Shown here piece by piece: positions 9,636 through 19,576 of a stretch of 64,000 bases of DNA. A program made the position numbers and the translations under genes. The notes beneath the pieces are model-generated. The model searched no databases and was not told where the DNA came from. It was given only the letters and a program-made list of their open reading frames with translations. Origin of the DNA: an uncultured Actinomycetes bacterium (GTDB lineage: Bacteria > Actinomycetota > UBA4738 > HRBIN12); assembly GCA_963704725.1 (NCBI GenBank), contig OY969934.1:352001-416000 (forward strand), written 5' to 3'. Every line of letters starts with the position of its first letter. Positions within the stretch are counted from its first letter, which is position 1.

Positions 9636-10112
9636 TCAGACCTTCCTGGGCACGTTCCCGGTCGCCGAGAACACGAAGCGCATGATCTTGTGGCCGACGT
9701 CCGCGGTCGGACCGAACATCAGCGGGCACCCCCCGTCGATCACCGTCGCGCCGTGCCGGCGTCCGTACTCCGTCGCCTCGGCGGACACGCTGCCGGGGCC
9801 GGGGCCGCGGTGCATCCACACGTTCGTGATCCCGAGCTCGATGCACTCGCGCATCGTGTTCTCGGTGATCTCGGGGCTGGTCCCGATCACGACGGCCTCG
9901 ACGCCGCCCGGGATCGACTTCAGATCGTGGAAACACGGGTCGCCCTCGACCTCGTCGGCGTTCGGGTTCACCGCGAAGACCTCGTACCCCCGGTCCCGCA
10001 AGCGTCGGTACACGCCGTTGCTCGCGTGCATCTTGGGGGCTCTCGAGACGCCGGTGACCGCGATGCGCCGGTGCTCGAGGAATCCGCACGCCGCGTCCTT
10101 GATGCCCTGCAT
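9636..10112 (-). CDS. CoA-binding domain protein
   Basis: IAVTGVSR, GYEVFAVNP, GITNVWMHRG.G.GSVS, VIDGGCPLMF; GAGGAG RBS. Confidence 0.9.
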   Translation of the reverse strand: MQGIKDAACGFLEHRRIAVTGVSRAPKMHASNGVYRRLRDRGYEVFAVNPNADEVEGDPCFHDLKSIPGGVEAVVIGTSPEITENTMRECIELGITNVWMHRGPGPGSVSAEATEYGRRHGATVIDGGCPLMFGPTADVGHKIMRFVFSATGNVPRKV

Positions 10113-10199
10113 GTCGCTCCTCCTCGGCGGGGTTGACGGGTTCAGCCTCCCGCGATGCCCGGCCGGCATCCCGGGGCGTTCGACCCTCCTCGCCTGGGC

Positions 10200-10511
10200 T
10201 CAGGCTCTCGAAGGACGCTTCGACGCTCTTCGGCCCCGCGTCGCCCGTTCGCCGTCGCCGGAGGGCGACGGTCCCTGATCCTCGCGCACGACGCGGATCA
10301 GGACCTCGGTCGGGGGCGTGCGGTCGTTGCCTCTCGACAGGAGCCTCCGGAGCACGATCGCGCCGCCCATCGTCCCGGCGAGCATCCCGACGATCGCCTT
10401 GCCGGAGCGCAGCGGCGCCGGCATCCGCTCCTCGAGCTCCCGCAGGTCCGTCTCCAGGCGTTGGCGCGTCTGTTCGATCTCGGTCACCTTGCGAGCTGCC
10501 GCTTCGCCCAT
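10200..10511 (-). CDS. DUF3618-like small protein
   Basis: EIEQTRQRLETDLRELEER coiled coil plus a TM segment; follows the holin-like gene, the usual arrangement. Confidence 0.65.
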   Translation of the reverse strand: MGEAAARKVTEIEQTRQRLETDLRELEERMPAPLRSGKAIVGMLAGTMGGAIVLRRLLSRGNDRTPPTEVLIRVVREDQGPSPSGDGERATRGRRASKRPSRA

Positions 10512-10885
10512 CGGGCGTCCTCCTTCAGGGATTCCATCGTCCGCTCGGGCTTCGGGGCGGTTCGGATCGCGCGACGGCCGATGAGGACCAGCGCTGCGGC
10601 GGCCACGCCGAACACCGCCGCCACGATGAGGTGCGCGGTCCACGTCGGCATCACGAGGTCGAGCGCGGCCGAACCCGAGAACCCCACGAACACGAGCGCG
10701 AACAGCCCCACCACGCCTGCCGCGCCCATCATGCCGGCGCCCATCCCGCGGGCGCCCACGGCCTCACCCGCCTCGATCTTGGCGAGCTCGACCTGCTGGC
10801 GGATCAACGTCCGCACGCCGTCGACGATCGACGACACGACGACGCCGATCGGCCGTCTCCCGTCGCCTCCGATCACTTCGCTCAT
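10484..10885 (-). CDS. Actinobacterial holin-X (phage holin 3_6 family) membrane protein
   Basis: TLIRQQVELAKIE, two TM segments, PERTMESLKEDARW. Confidence 0.85.
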   Translation of the reverse strand: MSEVIGGDGRRPIGVVVSSIVDGVRTLIRQQVELAKIEAGEAVGARGMGAGMMGAAGVVGLFALVFVGFSGSAALDLVMPTWTAHLIVAAVFGVAAAALVLIGRRAIRTAPKPERTMESLKEDARWAKRQLAR

Positions 10886-10921
10886 CCGATCCTCCTCTGT
10901 GCTGACGACCACATGATGCTC

Positions 10922-10958
10922 TGTCAGACCCGAGGAGTAGCATCCGAACATGTGTTCG
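10922..10958 (+). promoter_or_regulatory. PafBC (RecA-NDp)-type promoter plus LexA SOS box
   Basis: TGTCAG-N10-TAGCAT (10922-10943) followed by CGAAC-ATGT-GTTCG (10945-10958), which overlaps the ATG. Confidence 0.75.
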
Positions 10959-12120
10959 CCGGGTTTGGACGTGCGCTCGCTGTCCGATACCGAGCTCAGG
11001 CTGCACCTGGATCGGGTCGAGCGCTCGGCTCGCGCGATCGAGGCGGATCGCGCGCAGTGTCTCGCCGAGATCGAGCGCCGAGGCGTCCACGCGGCGGATG
11101 GCCAGCTCTCGGCCGCGGCGTGGGTCGCGCGACGGCACGGTCTGTCGCAGGGCGCGGCCGAGGCGCAGGTGCGCACGGCCCGGGCGCTGGGGGACATGCC
11201 GCTCGTGGCCGAGGCCCGTCGCGAGGTGAGATCTCGACCGCCGCCACGGACGCGTTGGTCCGCGCGCGAGATGCGGCGCCGGAGGCGTTCGCTCGCGTGG
11301 AAGGGAGCTTGGTCGAGTCCGCTCGGTCGCTTCCGCACCGGGACCTTCGAGCCGAGCTCGAACGGTGGCGGCTGGAGGTCGACGCCGATCGGGCGGCCCG
11401 GGACGAGCAGGAGCGGTTCGCACGCCGGCGGTTCACGGCCGTCGTGGCCTCAGGCGGCATGGTCCGCACGGACGGAGAGCTCGACCCGAGAACGGTCAGT
11501 ACCTCATCACCGCCCTTCGCGCCAAGGTCGACGCCTGGGCTCGCGGGCGGACCGAGGACCTGCGGACCCCGGCTCAGCGTCGCGCCGACGCGCTCGGCGA
11601 GATCTGCCGCGAGTGGCTCGACCTGGCCGAACGCCCCGGCCTCGGTGGCGAGCGCCCCCACGTGGTGGTGACGATGGATCTGGGGGCGCTCCAGGCTCGC
11701 GCGGGCGGCCGGGCGTCGCTCGAAGACGTCGGCCCGGTCACCGCCGAGGCGGCCCGACGCCTGGCGTGCGACGCCTCGGTCACTCGAGTGGTCACCGACA
11801 CGCGCTCGGTGCCGCTCGAGGTCGGACGAACCACCAAGGTCGTCTCCCCGTCCCTTCGTCGGGCGCTGGCGGTCCGCGACGGTGGGTGCGCGTTCCCCGG
11901 GTGCGAACGACCACCTGGGTGGTGTGACGCCCACCTTGCGAACCACTGGGCCGACGGGGGCGAGACCGGCCTGTCGAACCTCGTGCTCCTGTGCCGGCCG
12001 CACCACCGGGTGATCCATCGAGGGTTCGGCGTGGCGATGGTCGACGGCCTGCCGGTGTTCCGGCGACCCGACGGCACCCCGCTCGAGGGCCGCAGCCCGC
12101 CGCGGGCGGTGGTCGCCTGA
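10950..12120 (+). CDS. DUF222 + HNH endonuclease (REP13E12-like), two frameshifts near 11240 and 11490
   Basis: RTPAQRRADAL, RRLACDA, RRALAVRDGGCAFPGC...CDAH...HWADGGETGLSNLVLLCRPHHRVIH spread over three frames. Confidence 0.85.
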
Positions 12121-12152
12121 CCCGCGTGGCGGTACGAGCTGAGGGGCCGGGA

Positions 12153-12592
12153 TCAGTCCTTCTCGAGCAACGCCTTGAGGCGGGCCAGGTCGCCACGGTT
12201 CGCCCGTCGTATCGCGGCCTCGAGCACGGGACCGGCCACCCGCATCACGCCGCCGGGCTCGCCCCGGTTGCGGAGCGTCATGAGGGTGCCGCCGCCGGGG
12301 GCGTCGGCCCACGTGACGTGGTCTCCATCGCGAACGGACCGGACGTCGTGCCCTGGACGAGAAGCTCCAGCGGCTCGAGCTCGAGGATCTCGTACGTGTA
12401 CTCGAGGGTCCGGCCCAGGAACCGGGCGCGGAACCGGACCCTCGATCCGACGGCCAGCGGCGGCGGGGTCTCCCACGTCACCGCCGTGATGTTGCGCTAC
12501 CACGTCGTCGCGTTCGACGGGTCGGCCGCGAACCCCGCCACCTCGGCGCGCGGCCGGGCGATCTCGATCCGCGTGACGACGTCGACGCCCAT
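12153..12592 (-). pseudogene. SRPBCC/polyketide cyclase-like protein with an in-frame TAG and a frameshift
   Basis: MGVDVVTRIEIARPRAEVAGFAADPSNATTW*RNITAVTWETPPPL...GPFAMETT / TLMTLRNRGEP...DLARLKALLE; TAG at 12497-12499 where Tyr is expected. Confidence 0.75.
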
Positions 12593-12744
12593 TACGCCTC
12601 GTACGGCTTGAGCTGCGCCACGACCTGCTCGGGCGTGACGTCCATCCCGTGCTTCGCCTTGCCGTGAGCCTGCACCACCGGCACGAGGTCCTCCTCGGTG
12701 CCGCGGGCGTAGAACCCGCACTCGCACTGCACTTCCTTGATCAT
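12592..12744 (-). CDS. DUF1059-family small metal-binding protein (50 aa), absent from the ORF track
   Basis: MIKEVQCECGFYARGTEEDLVPVVQAHGKAKHGMDVTPEQVVAQLKPYEA*; CxC...HxxxxH; AAGGAGGT RBS. Confidence 0.85.
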   Translation of the reverse strand: MIKEVQCECGFYARGTEEDLVPVVQAHGKAKHGMDVTPEQVVAQLKPYEA

Positions 12745-12807
12745 CGGACCACCTCCTTCGGCTGCCGGATACTACGGGCGGTCGGTTGGCCGAACGTTGG
12801 AGGACGC

Positions 12808-13569
12808 TTGACGCTCCGGGTGTACCTCGCCGGCAACGTCGCCGTCGAGCACGGGGACGCGCTCGTGCCCGAGAGGCGCCTTCCCGGACGGCAGGGCCGG
12901 CTCACCCTGGCCGTGCTGACGTGGGAGCGGGCCCGGGCGGTCTCGGTCGACGAGCTCGCCGACGTCGTGTGGGACGGCGCTCCGCCGGCCGCGTGGCAGA
13001 CGGCGCTGCGTGCCCTGGTCAGCAAGCTCCGCGCCGCGCTCGACGAGGCCGGGGCCGGCGCGAGCATCGAGCACGCGTTCGGCTGCTATCAGCTCCGGCT
13101 GCCGGCGGACGCCTGGGTCGACGTCGAGGCCGCGACTGCCGCCGTCCACGAGGCGGAGGCCGCCCTCCACCAAGGCGACCTCCAGGCCGCGAACGGGGCC
13201 GCGCTCGTCGCCAACGCCATAGCCCGCCGGCCGTTCCTGCCCGGGGACGCCGGGGAGTGGGTGGAGCGGCGGCGAGAGCACCTCCGGCAGGTGCGCATCC
13301 GCGCCCTCGAGGTGCGGGGCCGGGTCGCCCTGGCCAACCACGATCCGGCCGGCGCGGCCACCGACGCGGGGCTCGTGGTCGAGCTCGAGCCCTACCGCGA
13401 GACCGGCCACGTCCTGCTCATGCGCGCCCACGCGGCTGCCGGGAACCCGGCGCAGGCCCTCGCGGCGTTCGAGCGGCTGCGGACCACCCTGGCGGACGAG
13501 CTCGGCGCGTCCCCATCACCGGAGACCGAGGCGGCGTTCCTGGAGATCCTCGGTCGGGGACCCCGCTGA
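12808..13569 (+). CDS. SARP/AfsR-type regulator (wHTH + BTAD only)
   Basis: [51 protein letters not shown]; TTG start with GGAGG RBS. Confidence 0.88.
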   Translation: MTLRVYLAGNVAVEHGDALVPERRLPGRQGRLTLAVLTWERARAVSVDELADVVWDGAPPAAWQTALRALVSKLRAALDEAGAGASIEHAFGCYQLRLPADAWVDVEAATAAVHEAEAALHQGDLQAANGAALVANAIARRPFLPGDAGEWVERRREHLRQVRIRALEVRGRVALANHDPAGAATDAGLVVELEPYRETGHVLLMRAHAAAGNPAQALAAFERLRTTLADELGASPSPETEAAFLEILGRGPR

Positions 13570-13614
13570 GTCGCGCGATTCAAGGCGCGGGCCGAGGCTC
13601 CCGACCTCTCTGAT

Positions 13615-14343
13615 ATGTGGTTCACGCTCGCCCTCATCGTCGTGGTGCTGGTCGTCGGCGGGTGGCGGCTTCGCCGAAGCCTGTCGCGCCAGCGCAAGCT
13701 CATGCTCCTGTGCCGGCGGGCGGGCCTGGACTTCACGCCCCTCGACCTGTTCGAGACCACGGCGTGGCTCCCGTTCCCGATGTTCGGCCGGCCGAGCCAC
13801 GGGACCGAGAACGTGGTCTGGGAGCGGCAGCGGGGTCTCGACATCCGGGCGTTCGACTTCTGGTACGAGGACCCCTCGGAGGATCGCCCGGTCGGGCCGC
13901 GGCACCGGCTGACCTGCGCCGTGGTGCCCCTCGGGACCTCGGGCCGGCGGCTCCGGGTCGAGCCGCGGGACCTCGACGACGAGGTGCGGGACCTCCTCGG
14001 TCTGCACGAGATCGAGCTCGAGCTCGAGACGTTCAACCGCCGGTTCGCCGTCAACGCCGAGGACGAGCGGTTCGCCGTCGCCTTCCTCGAGCAGCGGATG
14101 ATGGAGGGGATCCTGGCCCTCCCCGACGGCGTCGGCCTCGAGGTGAACGAGGACGTCATCCTGCTCTCGGCTCCCGAGCTCCCCGCGGCGCAGGTCCTCC
14201 GCCTGTACGACGCCGCCGTGGCCATCCACGAGCGGATCCCGCACTCGCTCCCGAGCCTGTTCCCGCCGAGGCCGGTCGAGGGGCCGCACGAGGATCGCTG
14301 GCTCCAGGGCCACTGGAGCCCCGAGCCGATCGACGGCGTCTGA
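13615..14343 (+). CDS. Membrane-anchored hypothetical protein (DUF3137-like)
   Basis: N-terminal TM; [21 protein letters not shown]. Confidence 0.75.
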   Translation: MWFTLALIVVVLVVGGWRLRRSLSRQRKLMLLCRRAGLDFTPLDLFETTAWLPFPMFGRPSHGTENVVWERQRGLDIRAFDFWYEDPSEDRPVGPRHRLTCAVVPLGTSGRRLRVEPRDLDDEVRDLLGLHEIELELETFNRRFAVNAEDERFAVAFLEQRMMEGILALPDGVGLEVNEDVILLSAPELPAAQVLRLYDAAVAIHERIPHSLPSLFPPRPVEGPHEDRWLQGHWSPEPIDGV

Positions 14344-14408
14344 GCCCTGAAGGAGACCGGCCACACGCGGGGAAGCTCGTCATCGCGATGTGAGAGGGTT
14401 GGAACCTC

Positions 14409-14897
14409 ATGGACCGCACCGCGATCGAGGAGCTGTTCACGTTCACCGACCACGCCTGGCGACAGTACGAGGAGCTGCTTCGTCCGCTCGGCGACGAGGT
14501 GCTCACGCGCCCGGCGCCCGGCTCCGGCTGGCCGGCGCTCCGTGACGCCCTGTCCCACATGACGTGGGCGTACGTCCGCTGGCTGGGCGATCCGACCGGA
14601 ACGAGCGGCCGGCCCGAGGTGCGCCTGTCCTCGTGGGACGAGCTCGAGGACTACCGGCGCCGCGTCCGCGGCAACATGCGCGAGTACCTCGACTCGCTCG
14701 GTGAGGACGAGCTCATGACGCCGCGCGAGATGAACGTCGACGGCGACCCGCTGGTCTACAGCCCGGCCGAGATCTTCGCGCACGTCATGCTCCACGAGCG
14801 CCAGCACCACGGGGACGTGAACACGCTCATGTACCAGCTCGGCCTGGAGGTCCCGGTCGTGGAGTTCCGGTTCTCGCTGCGGGGACGCGGGCTGTAG
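14409..14897 (+). CDS. DinB-family protein
   Basis: [19 protein letters not shown] metal-binding His motif. Confidence 0.85.
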   Translation: MDRTAIEELFTFTDHAWRQYEELLRPLGDEVLTRPAPGSGWPALRDALSHMTWAYVRWLGDPTGTSGRPEVRLSSWDELEDYRRRVRGNMREYLDSLGEDELMTPREMNVDGDPLVYSPAEIFAHVMLHERQHHGDVNTLMYQLGLEVPVVEFRFSLRGRGL

Positions 14898-14900
14898 CCG

Positions 14901-15458
14901 GTGGAGACGTACGTCGCGCTGCTCCGCGGGATCAACGTGGGCGGCAAGAACCTCATCAAGATGCCCGCCCTGAAGGCCTGCTTCGAGACCGGCGGGTTCG
15001 AGGACGTGACCACCTACATCCAGAGCGGCAACGTGATCTTCCGCTCCGCCCGCTCGGCGTCCGCGGCGATGACCCGCCGGATCGAGGAGATGCTCACCGC
15101 GACCTTCGGCCACTACACGGCGAGCGTGGTGCTCCGCACCCGCGCCCAGATGCGCGCCGTCGTGAACGGGGCGCCGAAGGGGTTCGGCTCGGAGCCGGCC
15201 GAGTACCGATACAACGTCATCTTCTTGAAGGAGCCCGTCACGGCCCGCGCCGCCCTGAAGGCCGTCCCGACGAGGGAGGGCGTCGATGCGGCGCACGCGG
15301 GAACGGGCGTCCTCTACTTCTCGAACCTCATGAGCCGGGCCTCCCAGAGTCGGCTCAGCAAGCTCGTCTCGCTCCCGATCTACCAGAGCATGACGATCCG
15401 CAACTGGAACACCACGACGAAGCTGCTCGCGATGATGGACGGGCGCGTCGCGGTCTAG
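14901..15458 (+). CDS. DUF1697 family protein
   Basis: [29 protein letters not shown]. Confidence 0.92.
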   Translation: METYVALLRGINVGGKNLIKMPALKACFETGGFEDVTTYIQSGNVIFRSARSASAAMTRRIEEMLTATFGHYTASVVLRTRAQMRAVVNGAPKGFGSEPAEYRYNVIFLKEPVTARAALKAVPTREGVDAAHAGTGVLYFSNLMSRASQSRLSKLVSLPIYQSMTIRNWNTTTKLLAMMDGRVAV

Positions 15459-16646
15459 GTGGCCGCGCGCTCGAGGAAGGCGCGCTCGGCCGCGTTCCCC
15501 GCTCTCGCGCTCGCCGCCTCGTACGCGGCCCTCGCCTCCTCGTGGCGGCCGAGACGCCGGAGCAGGTCTGCCCGCACCGCGTGGAACACGTGGGAGCGGT
15601 CGAGATCGAGCCCGTCCACGATCCCGAGCGCGGCCTCCGGCCCCTCGACCTCGGCGAGCGCGACCGCGCGGTTCAGCGCGACGACCGGGCTCGGCGCGAC
15701 GGCCGTGAGCCGGTCGTAGAGCGCGAGGACCTGGCGCCAGTCGGTCTCGGCCACGCTCGGCGCCTCCGAATGCACGGCCTGGATCGCCGCCTGGATCTGG
15801 TACGGCCCGGGTCGGTTCCGCCGCAGGCACGCCCGGACGATCGCCTGCCCCTCGGCGATGAGCTCCCGGTCCCACCGGCCGCGGTCCTGATCGCGCAGGA
15901 GCACGAGTTCGCCCTCGGCCGTAACCCGGCTCTCGCGGCGCGACTCGGTGAGGAGCATGAGGGCCAGCAGGCCCATGACCTCGGGCTCGTCGGGCATGAG
16001 CTCGGCCAGGAGGCGGCCCAGGCGGATCGCCTCGGCGCACAGGTCCTCGCGCACCAGCTCGCCGGCCCGAGCTCGCCGCGTACCCCTCGTTGAAGATCAG
16101 GTAGACCACGGCGAGCACGGCCGTCAGCCGGTCGGGGAGATCGCTCTCGTACGGGACCCGGTAGGGGATCCCGGCGTCCCGGATCTTCGCCTTCGCGCGC
16201 ACGAGACGCTGGGCCATCGTGGCCTCGGGCACCAGGAACGCCCGGGCGATCTCGGCCGTGGTCAGCCCGCCGAGGAGCCGGAGCGTGAGCGCGACCCGGG
16301 CCGGCAGCCCGAGCGCGGGGTGGCAGCAGGTGAAGATCAATCGCAGCCGGTCGTCCTGCACGGCGCCCTCCTCCAGCGGCTCGTCCCGCGCGTGGAGCAG
16401 CGCGGCCTGGGCGTGGCGGTCCTCGCGCGAGGACTCGCGGCGCAGGCGGTCGATCGCACGGCGCTTGGCCGTCGTGACGATCCAGCCCTGCGGGCTCGGC
16501 GGGAAGCCGTCGCGGGGCCACCGCTCGGCCGCCACGGCGAACGCCTCCTGCACGGCCTCCTCGGCCACGTCGATGTCGCCGAACGCCCGGATGAGGATCG
16601 CCACCGCCCGCCCGTGCTCGGCGCGGAAGACGCGCTCGATGTTCAC
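15455..16646 (-). CDS. ECF42-type RNA polymerase sigma factor with C-terminal TPR extension, frameshift near 16060
   Basis: [40 protein letters not shown] / [36 protein letters not shown]. Confidence 0.9.
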
Positions 16647-16987
16647 CCGTGCATGAACGGGCGGACCTCGATCGGCAGCCCGATCACCCGCGCCGTCTTG
16701 CGACCCCACTCGAGCGCCGCGTCGAGGTCCGGCGCGTCGATGACGAGGAACCCGCCGACGTGCTCCTTGCCCTCGAGGTACGGGCCGTCGGTGACGAGCA
16801 CCTCCTCGCCATCGGCACGGAGCACGGTCGCCGTGTCCGCCGGGTGGAGGCCGCCGTTGAACACCCAGGCGCCCGCGGCCTTCGCCTCGTCGATCAGGGC
16901 GTCGATGCCGGCCATGACGGCTCCGAGGTCGAGGTCCTCCGGCGGCGGGCCGTCGGGCTGCCAGATCGTGAGCAGGTAGCGCTTCAT
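16643..16987 (-). CDS. YCII/DGPF-family protein
   Basis: [20 protein letters not shown]; coupled to the ECF42 gene. Confidence 0.92.
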   Translation of the reverse strand: MKRYLLTIWQPDGPPPEDLDLGAVMAGIDALIDEAKAAGAWVFNGGLHPADTATVLRADGEEVLVTDGPYLEGKEHVGGFLVIDAPDLDAALEWGRKTARVIGLPIEVRPFMHG

Positions 16988-17001
16988 CGGCTGCTCCGAG
17001 G

Positions 17002-17586
17002 CTACTCGCCGGCCCGCTCGTACGTCGCGATGATCACGCCGGTCGTCGTGACCGTGGAGCCGACGAGCTCGAGCTCGGCCGGCGCGCCGCCGTCGGGGAA
17101 CAGCCGCAGTCCCGTTCCCAGCACGAGCGGGTGGATCAGCAGGACGAGCCGGTCCACGAGGCTCCGGCGCATCAGCGACTGGATCAGCTCGCCGCTCCCG
17201 ATCACGACGAGGTCGGTCGTGCGCTTCAGGTCGGCGGCGGCGTCGGCCGCGTCGCCCTTCAGCAGCGTCGAGTTCTCCCAGGGGAGCGGCTCGGCGAGCG
17301 TCCTCGAGGCGACGTACTTCTGGGCGCGGTTCAGGTAGTCGGTGAACGGGTTCGGCTGGGGCGCGTTCGGCCAGACCCGGAAGAACTGCTCGTACGTTCG
17401 GCGGCCGAACAGCATCGCGCCCTCCCGCGCCATGCCCTCGGCCGCGACGCTCCCCATCACCTCGTCGCCGTACCGGCCCTCCCACCCGCCCATCGTGAAC
17501 CCGCCCCGCGTGTCCTCGTCCGGCCGGCCCGGCGCTTGCATGACCCCGTCGAGCGTCAGGTAGGTGAACGTGCTGATCGTCGCCAT
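17002..17586 (-). CDS. Dihydrofolate reductase-like (RibD C-terminal) protein
   Basis: [34 protein letters not shown]. Confidence 0.92.
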   Translation of the reverse strand: MATISTFTYLTLDGVMQAPGRPDEDTRGGFTMGGWEGRYGDEVMGSVAAEGMAREGAMLFGRRTYEQFFRVWPNAPQPNPFTDYLNRAQKYVASRTLAEPLPWENSTLLKGDAADAAADLKRTTDLVVIGSGELIQSLMRRSLVDRLVLLIHPLVLGTGLRLFPDGGAPAELELVGSTVTTTGVIIATYERAGE

Positions 17587-17612
17587 CGCCTTCTCCTCTC
17601 TTTCACCTCCTA

Positions 17613-17639
17613 CACGAACGCGCTCGCTCCGGATCGACA
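17613..17639 (-). promoter_or_regulatory. ECF42-type promoter (TGTCGA -35)
   Basis: Minus strand TGTCGA-N17-CGTG upstream of the DHFR-YCII-ECF42 operon. Confidence 0.6.
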
Positions 17640-17644
17640 GCCGC

Positions 17645-17674
17645 TTGACACATACCGATATCGGTATATATCCT
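17645..17674 (+). promoter_or_regulatory. Housekeeping-sigma promoter with a 16-bp palindromic operator; probably leaderless
   Basis: TTGACA-N18-TATCCT; perfect palindrome ATACCGATATCGGTAT at 17652-17667; ATG 8 nt after the -10. Confidence 0.8.
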
Positions 17675-17682
17675 CCCGACCG

Positions 17683-18042
17683 ATGGCACGGGCGGCGACC
17701 ACGACGGACGCGTTCAACGCAGTGGCCGAGCCCCGGCGGCGGCAGCTCCTGGACGTCCTCGCCGGCGGGGAGCGGTCGGTGGGTGGGCTGGTCGAGGCGC
17801 TCGGCCTGGGGCAGCCGCAGGTCTCCAAGCACCTGCGGGTCCTGCGAGAGGTGGGACTGGTGGAGGTCCGGGATGAAGGGAGGCGGCGCATCTACCGACT
17901 CAACGGCGTTCCCCTGCGGCCCATCCACGACTGGCTGAAGGGCTACGAGGACACGTGGAACGAGCGGTTCGACCGGCTTGACACGGTGTTGGAGGACCTG
18001 AAGAAGGAGGAAGGACATGGCGGCGGTGACGCACAGCGGTAA
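17683..18042 (+). CDS. ArsR/SmtB-family transcriptional regulator
   Basis: DAFNAVAEPRRRQLL, QPQVSKHLRVLREVGLV, GRRRIYRL. Confidence 0.93.
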   Translation: MARAATTTDAFNAVAEPRRRQLLDVLAGGERSVGGLVEALGLGQPQVSKHLRVLREVGLVEVRDEGRRRIYRLNGVPLRPIHDWLKGYEDTWNERFDRLDTVLEDLKKEEGHGGGDAQR

Positions 18043-18517
18043 GGCCACGGTCGCGCTCCCGGCGGATACGCAGATCCTGATCACGCGGGAGTTCGACGCG
18101 CGCAAGCACCTCGTCTACCGGGCCACCACGGAGCCCGAGCTCGTCAAGCGGTGGTGGAGCGGTCTGCGCGGCGAGGTCACGAGCGCCGAGATCGACCTGC
18201 GCGTCGGCGGCCGGTGGCGGTACGTGATGGTGGCGAAGGAGGGGTTCGAGGTCGCGTTCCACGGCACGTACCGCGAGATCGTCCCGAACGAGCGCATCGT
18301 CTCGACCGAGCTCTACGAGGGCGTTCCCGGCGCGACCGAGGACGACGCCACGGTCAACACCGTCACCTTCACCGAGGTCGACGGCCGCACCACGCTCACG
18401 ACCCTCGTCGAGTGCCGAACGAAGGAGATCCGCGACCTGATCATCGAGTCCGGCATGGAGGGCGGCATGCAGGAGGCCTTCGACAAGCTCGAGGAGCTCG
18501 CCCGCTCGCTGGCCTGA
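18017..18517 (+). CDS. SRPBCC (AHSA1-like) protein
   Basis: ILITREFDA, DLRVGGRWRY, FHGTYREIVPNERIV, SGMEGGM. Confidence 0.92.
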   Translation: MAAVTHSGKATVALPADTQILITREFDARKHLVYRATTEPELVKRWWSGLRGEVTSAEIDLRVGGRWRYVMVAKEGFEVAFHGTYREIVPNERIVSTELYEGVPGATEDDATVNTVTFTEVDGRTTLTTLVECRTKEIRDLIIESGMEGGMQEAFDKLEELARSLA

Positions 18518-18534
18518 GCACCGCTCCGAACGCG

Positions 18535-18570
18535 CACGGGCCACCGGGGACGCGCTCCCGGTGGCCCGTG
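18535..18570. terminator. Bidirectional hairpin terminator
   Basis: CACGGGCCACCGGG...CCCGGTGGCCCGTG between convergent genes. Confidence 0.65.
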
Positions 18571-18577
18571 GCGTGGC

Positions 18578-18985
18578 TCAGAAGCTCGGCTGCACGATCC
18601 GGATCTGGTTGCCGAACGGGTCGCGGATCGCGAAGTCGGTCCCGTACTCCTGCTCGACGGGCTCCTGCATCACCTCGACGCCCTTGGCCTTGAGGTCCTC
18701 GTACGTCGCGCGGCAGTCGTCCGTGTAGAACCCCACCCAGCCGGCGGCGCCCTTCGTGATCAGCTCGCGGAGCTTCTCGCCGGAGGCCTCGTCCATCGAC
18801 GGCGGCGCCGGACGCTCCAACAGGATGGCGTGGCCCGGCTGGCCGGGCACGACCACGGTCAGCCACCGCATGGGGCCGAAGTTCTGGTCGTCGCGGACCT
18901 CCAGGCCGAGCTTGCCGACGTAGAAGTCGAGCGCCTCGTCCTGGTCGAGCACGTAGATGTTCGAGATCGAGATCGAGGTGAGCAT
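18578..18985 (-). CDS. VOC/glyoxalase-family protein
   Basis: VLDQDEALDFYVGKLG, RWLTV, YEDLKAKGVE, RDPFGN. Confidence 0.92.
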   Translation of the reverse strand: MLTSISISNIYVLDQDEALDFYVGKLGLEVRDDQNFGPMRWLTVVVPGQPGHAILLERPAPPSMDEASGEKLRELITKGAAGWVGFYTDDCRATYEDLKAKGVEVMQEPVEQEYGTDFAIRDPFGNQIRIVQPSF

Positions 18986-19032
18986 GGGGGCTCCTCCTTC
19001 CGTCCGTTCGGTTCCCGTCGATGCCCGGGACC

Positions 19033-19464
19033 TTAGTGGTCGCCGCGGTCGCGGGCTTCTCCGAAACTGCTCGGTCTGGTCCAGGCCATGGCGAAGCACG
19101 TCGGCGCCGCGGGGACCCGTCCCCGAAGCCGGTACGCGCTCGGCGTCTCGCCGACGATCCGGTGGAACGTCCGGCTGAACGTGCCGAGGCTCGCGAACCC
19201 GACCTCCATGCAGATCTCGGTCACGGTGCGCTCGGTGGAGCGCAGGAGGAACATCGCCCGCTCGATCCGACGCCGCTGGAGGTACGTGTGCGGCGTCTCG
19301 CCGAACGTCGCGCGGAAGGTCCGGATGAAGTGCGCCTCCGAGACGTGGGCGATGCGGGCCAGGCTCGGGATGTCGAGGGGGCCGGCGTACGTCCGGTCCA
19401 TCGCGTCCCGAGCGCGGAGCATCCGGCGGTTCGTGTCCTCGACGGCCCTGCCCCACCCGGCCAC
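19033..19464 (-). CDS. Short AraC-family HTH regulator (start uncertain)
   Basis: RRMLRARDAMDR, HFIRTFRATFGETPH, VGFASLGTFSRTF. Confidence 0.9.
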   Translation of the reverse strand: MAGWGRAVEDTNRRMLRARDAMDRTYAGPLDIPSLARIAHVSEAHFIRTFRATFGETPHTYLQRRRIERAMFLLRSTERTVTEICMEVGFASLGTFSRTFHRIVGETPSAYRLRGRVPAAPTCFAMAWTRPSSFGEARDRGDH

Positions 19465-19576
19465 CGAAGGAGGTTCCCATACCGGTCCCCCGCGCGTAGG
19501 GCCGTCCGGCCGGCCCCGCCGCCGGCGCCCGCGCCTAGCGTCGAGGGTGGATGGGGGCGTCCGGAAGGGGGACGCG

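Noticed and set aside
10200-12120. Prophage remnant (holin plus HNH)
   Set aside because: Holin-X/DUF3618 pairs and DUF222-HNH genes are common chromosomal actinobacterial genes; no phage structural genes or integrase are present
12497-12499. Pyrrolysine or programmed readthrough at the in-frame TAG
   Set aside because: A TAC-to-TAG change at a Tyr position in a gene that also has a frameshift; error or decay is simpler, and no pyl genes are seen
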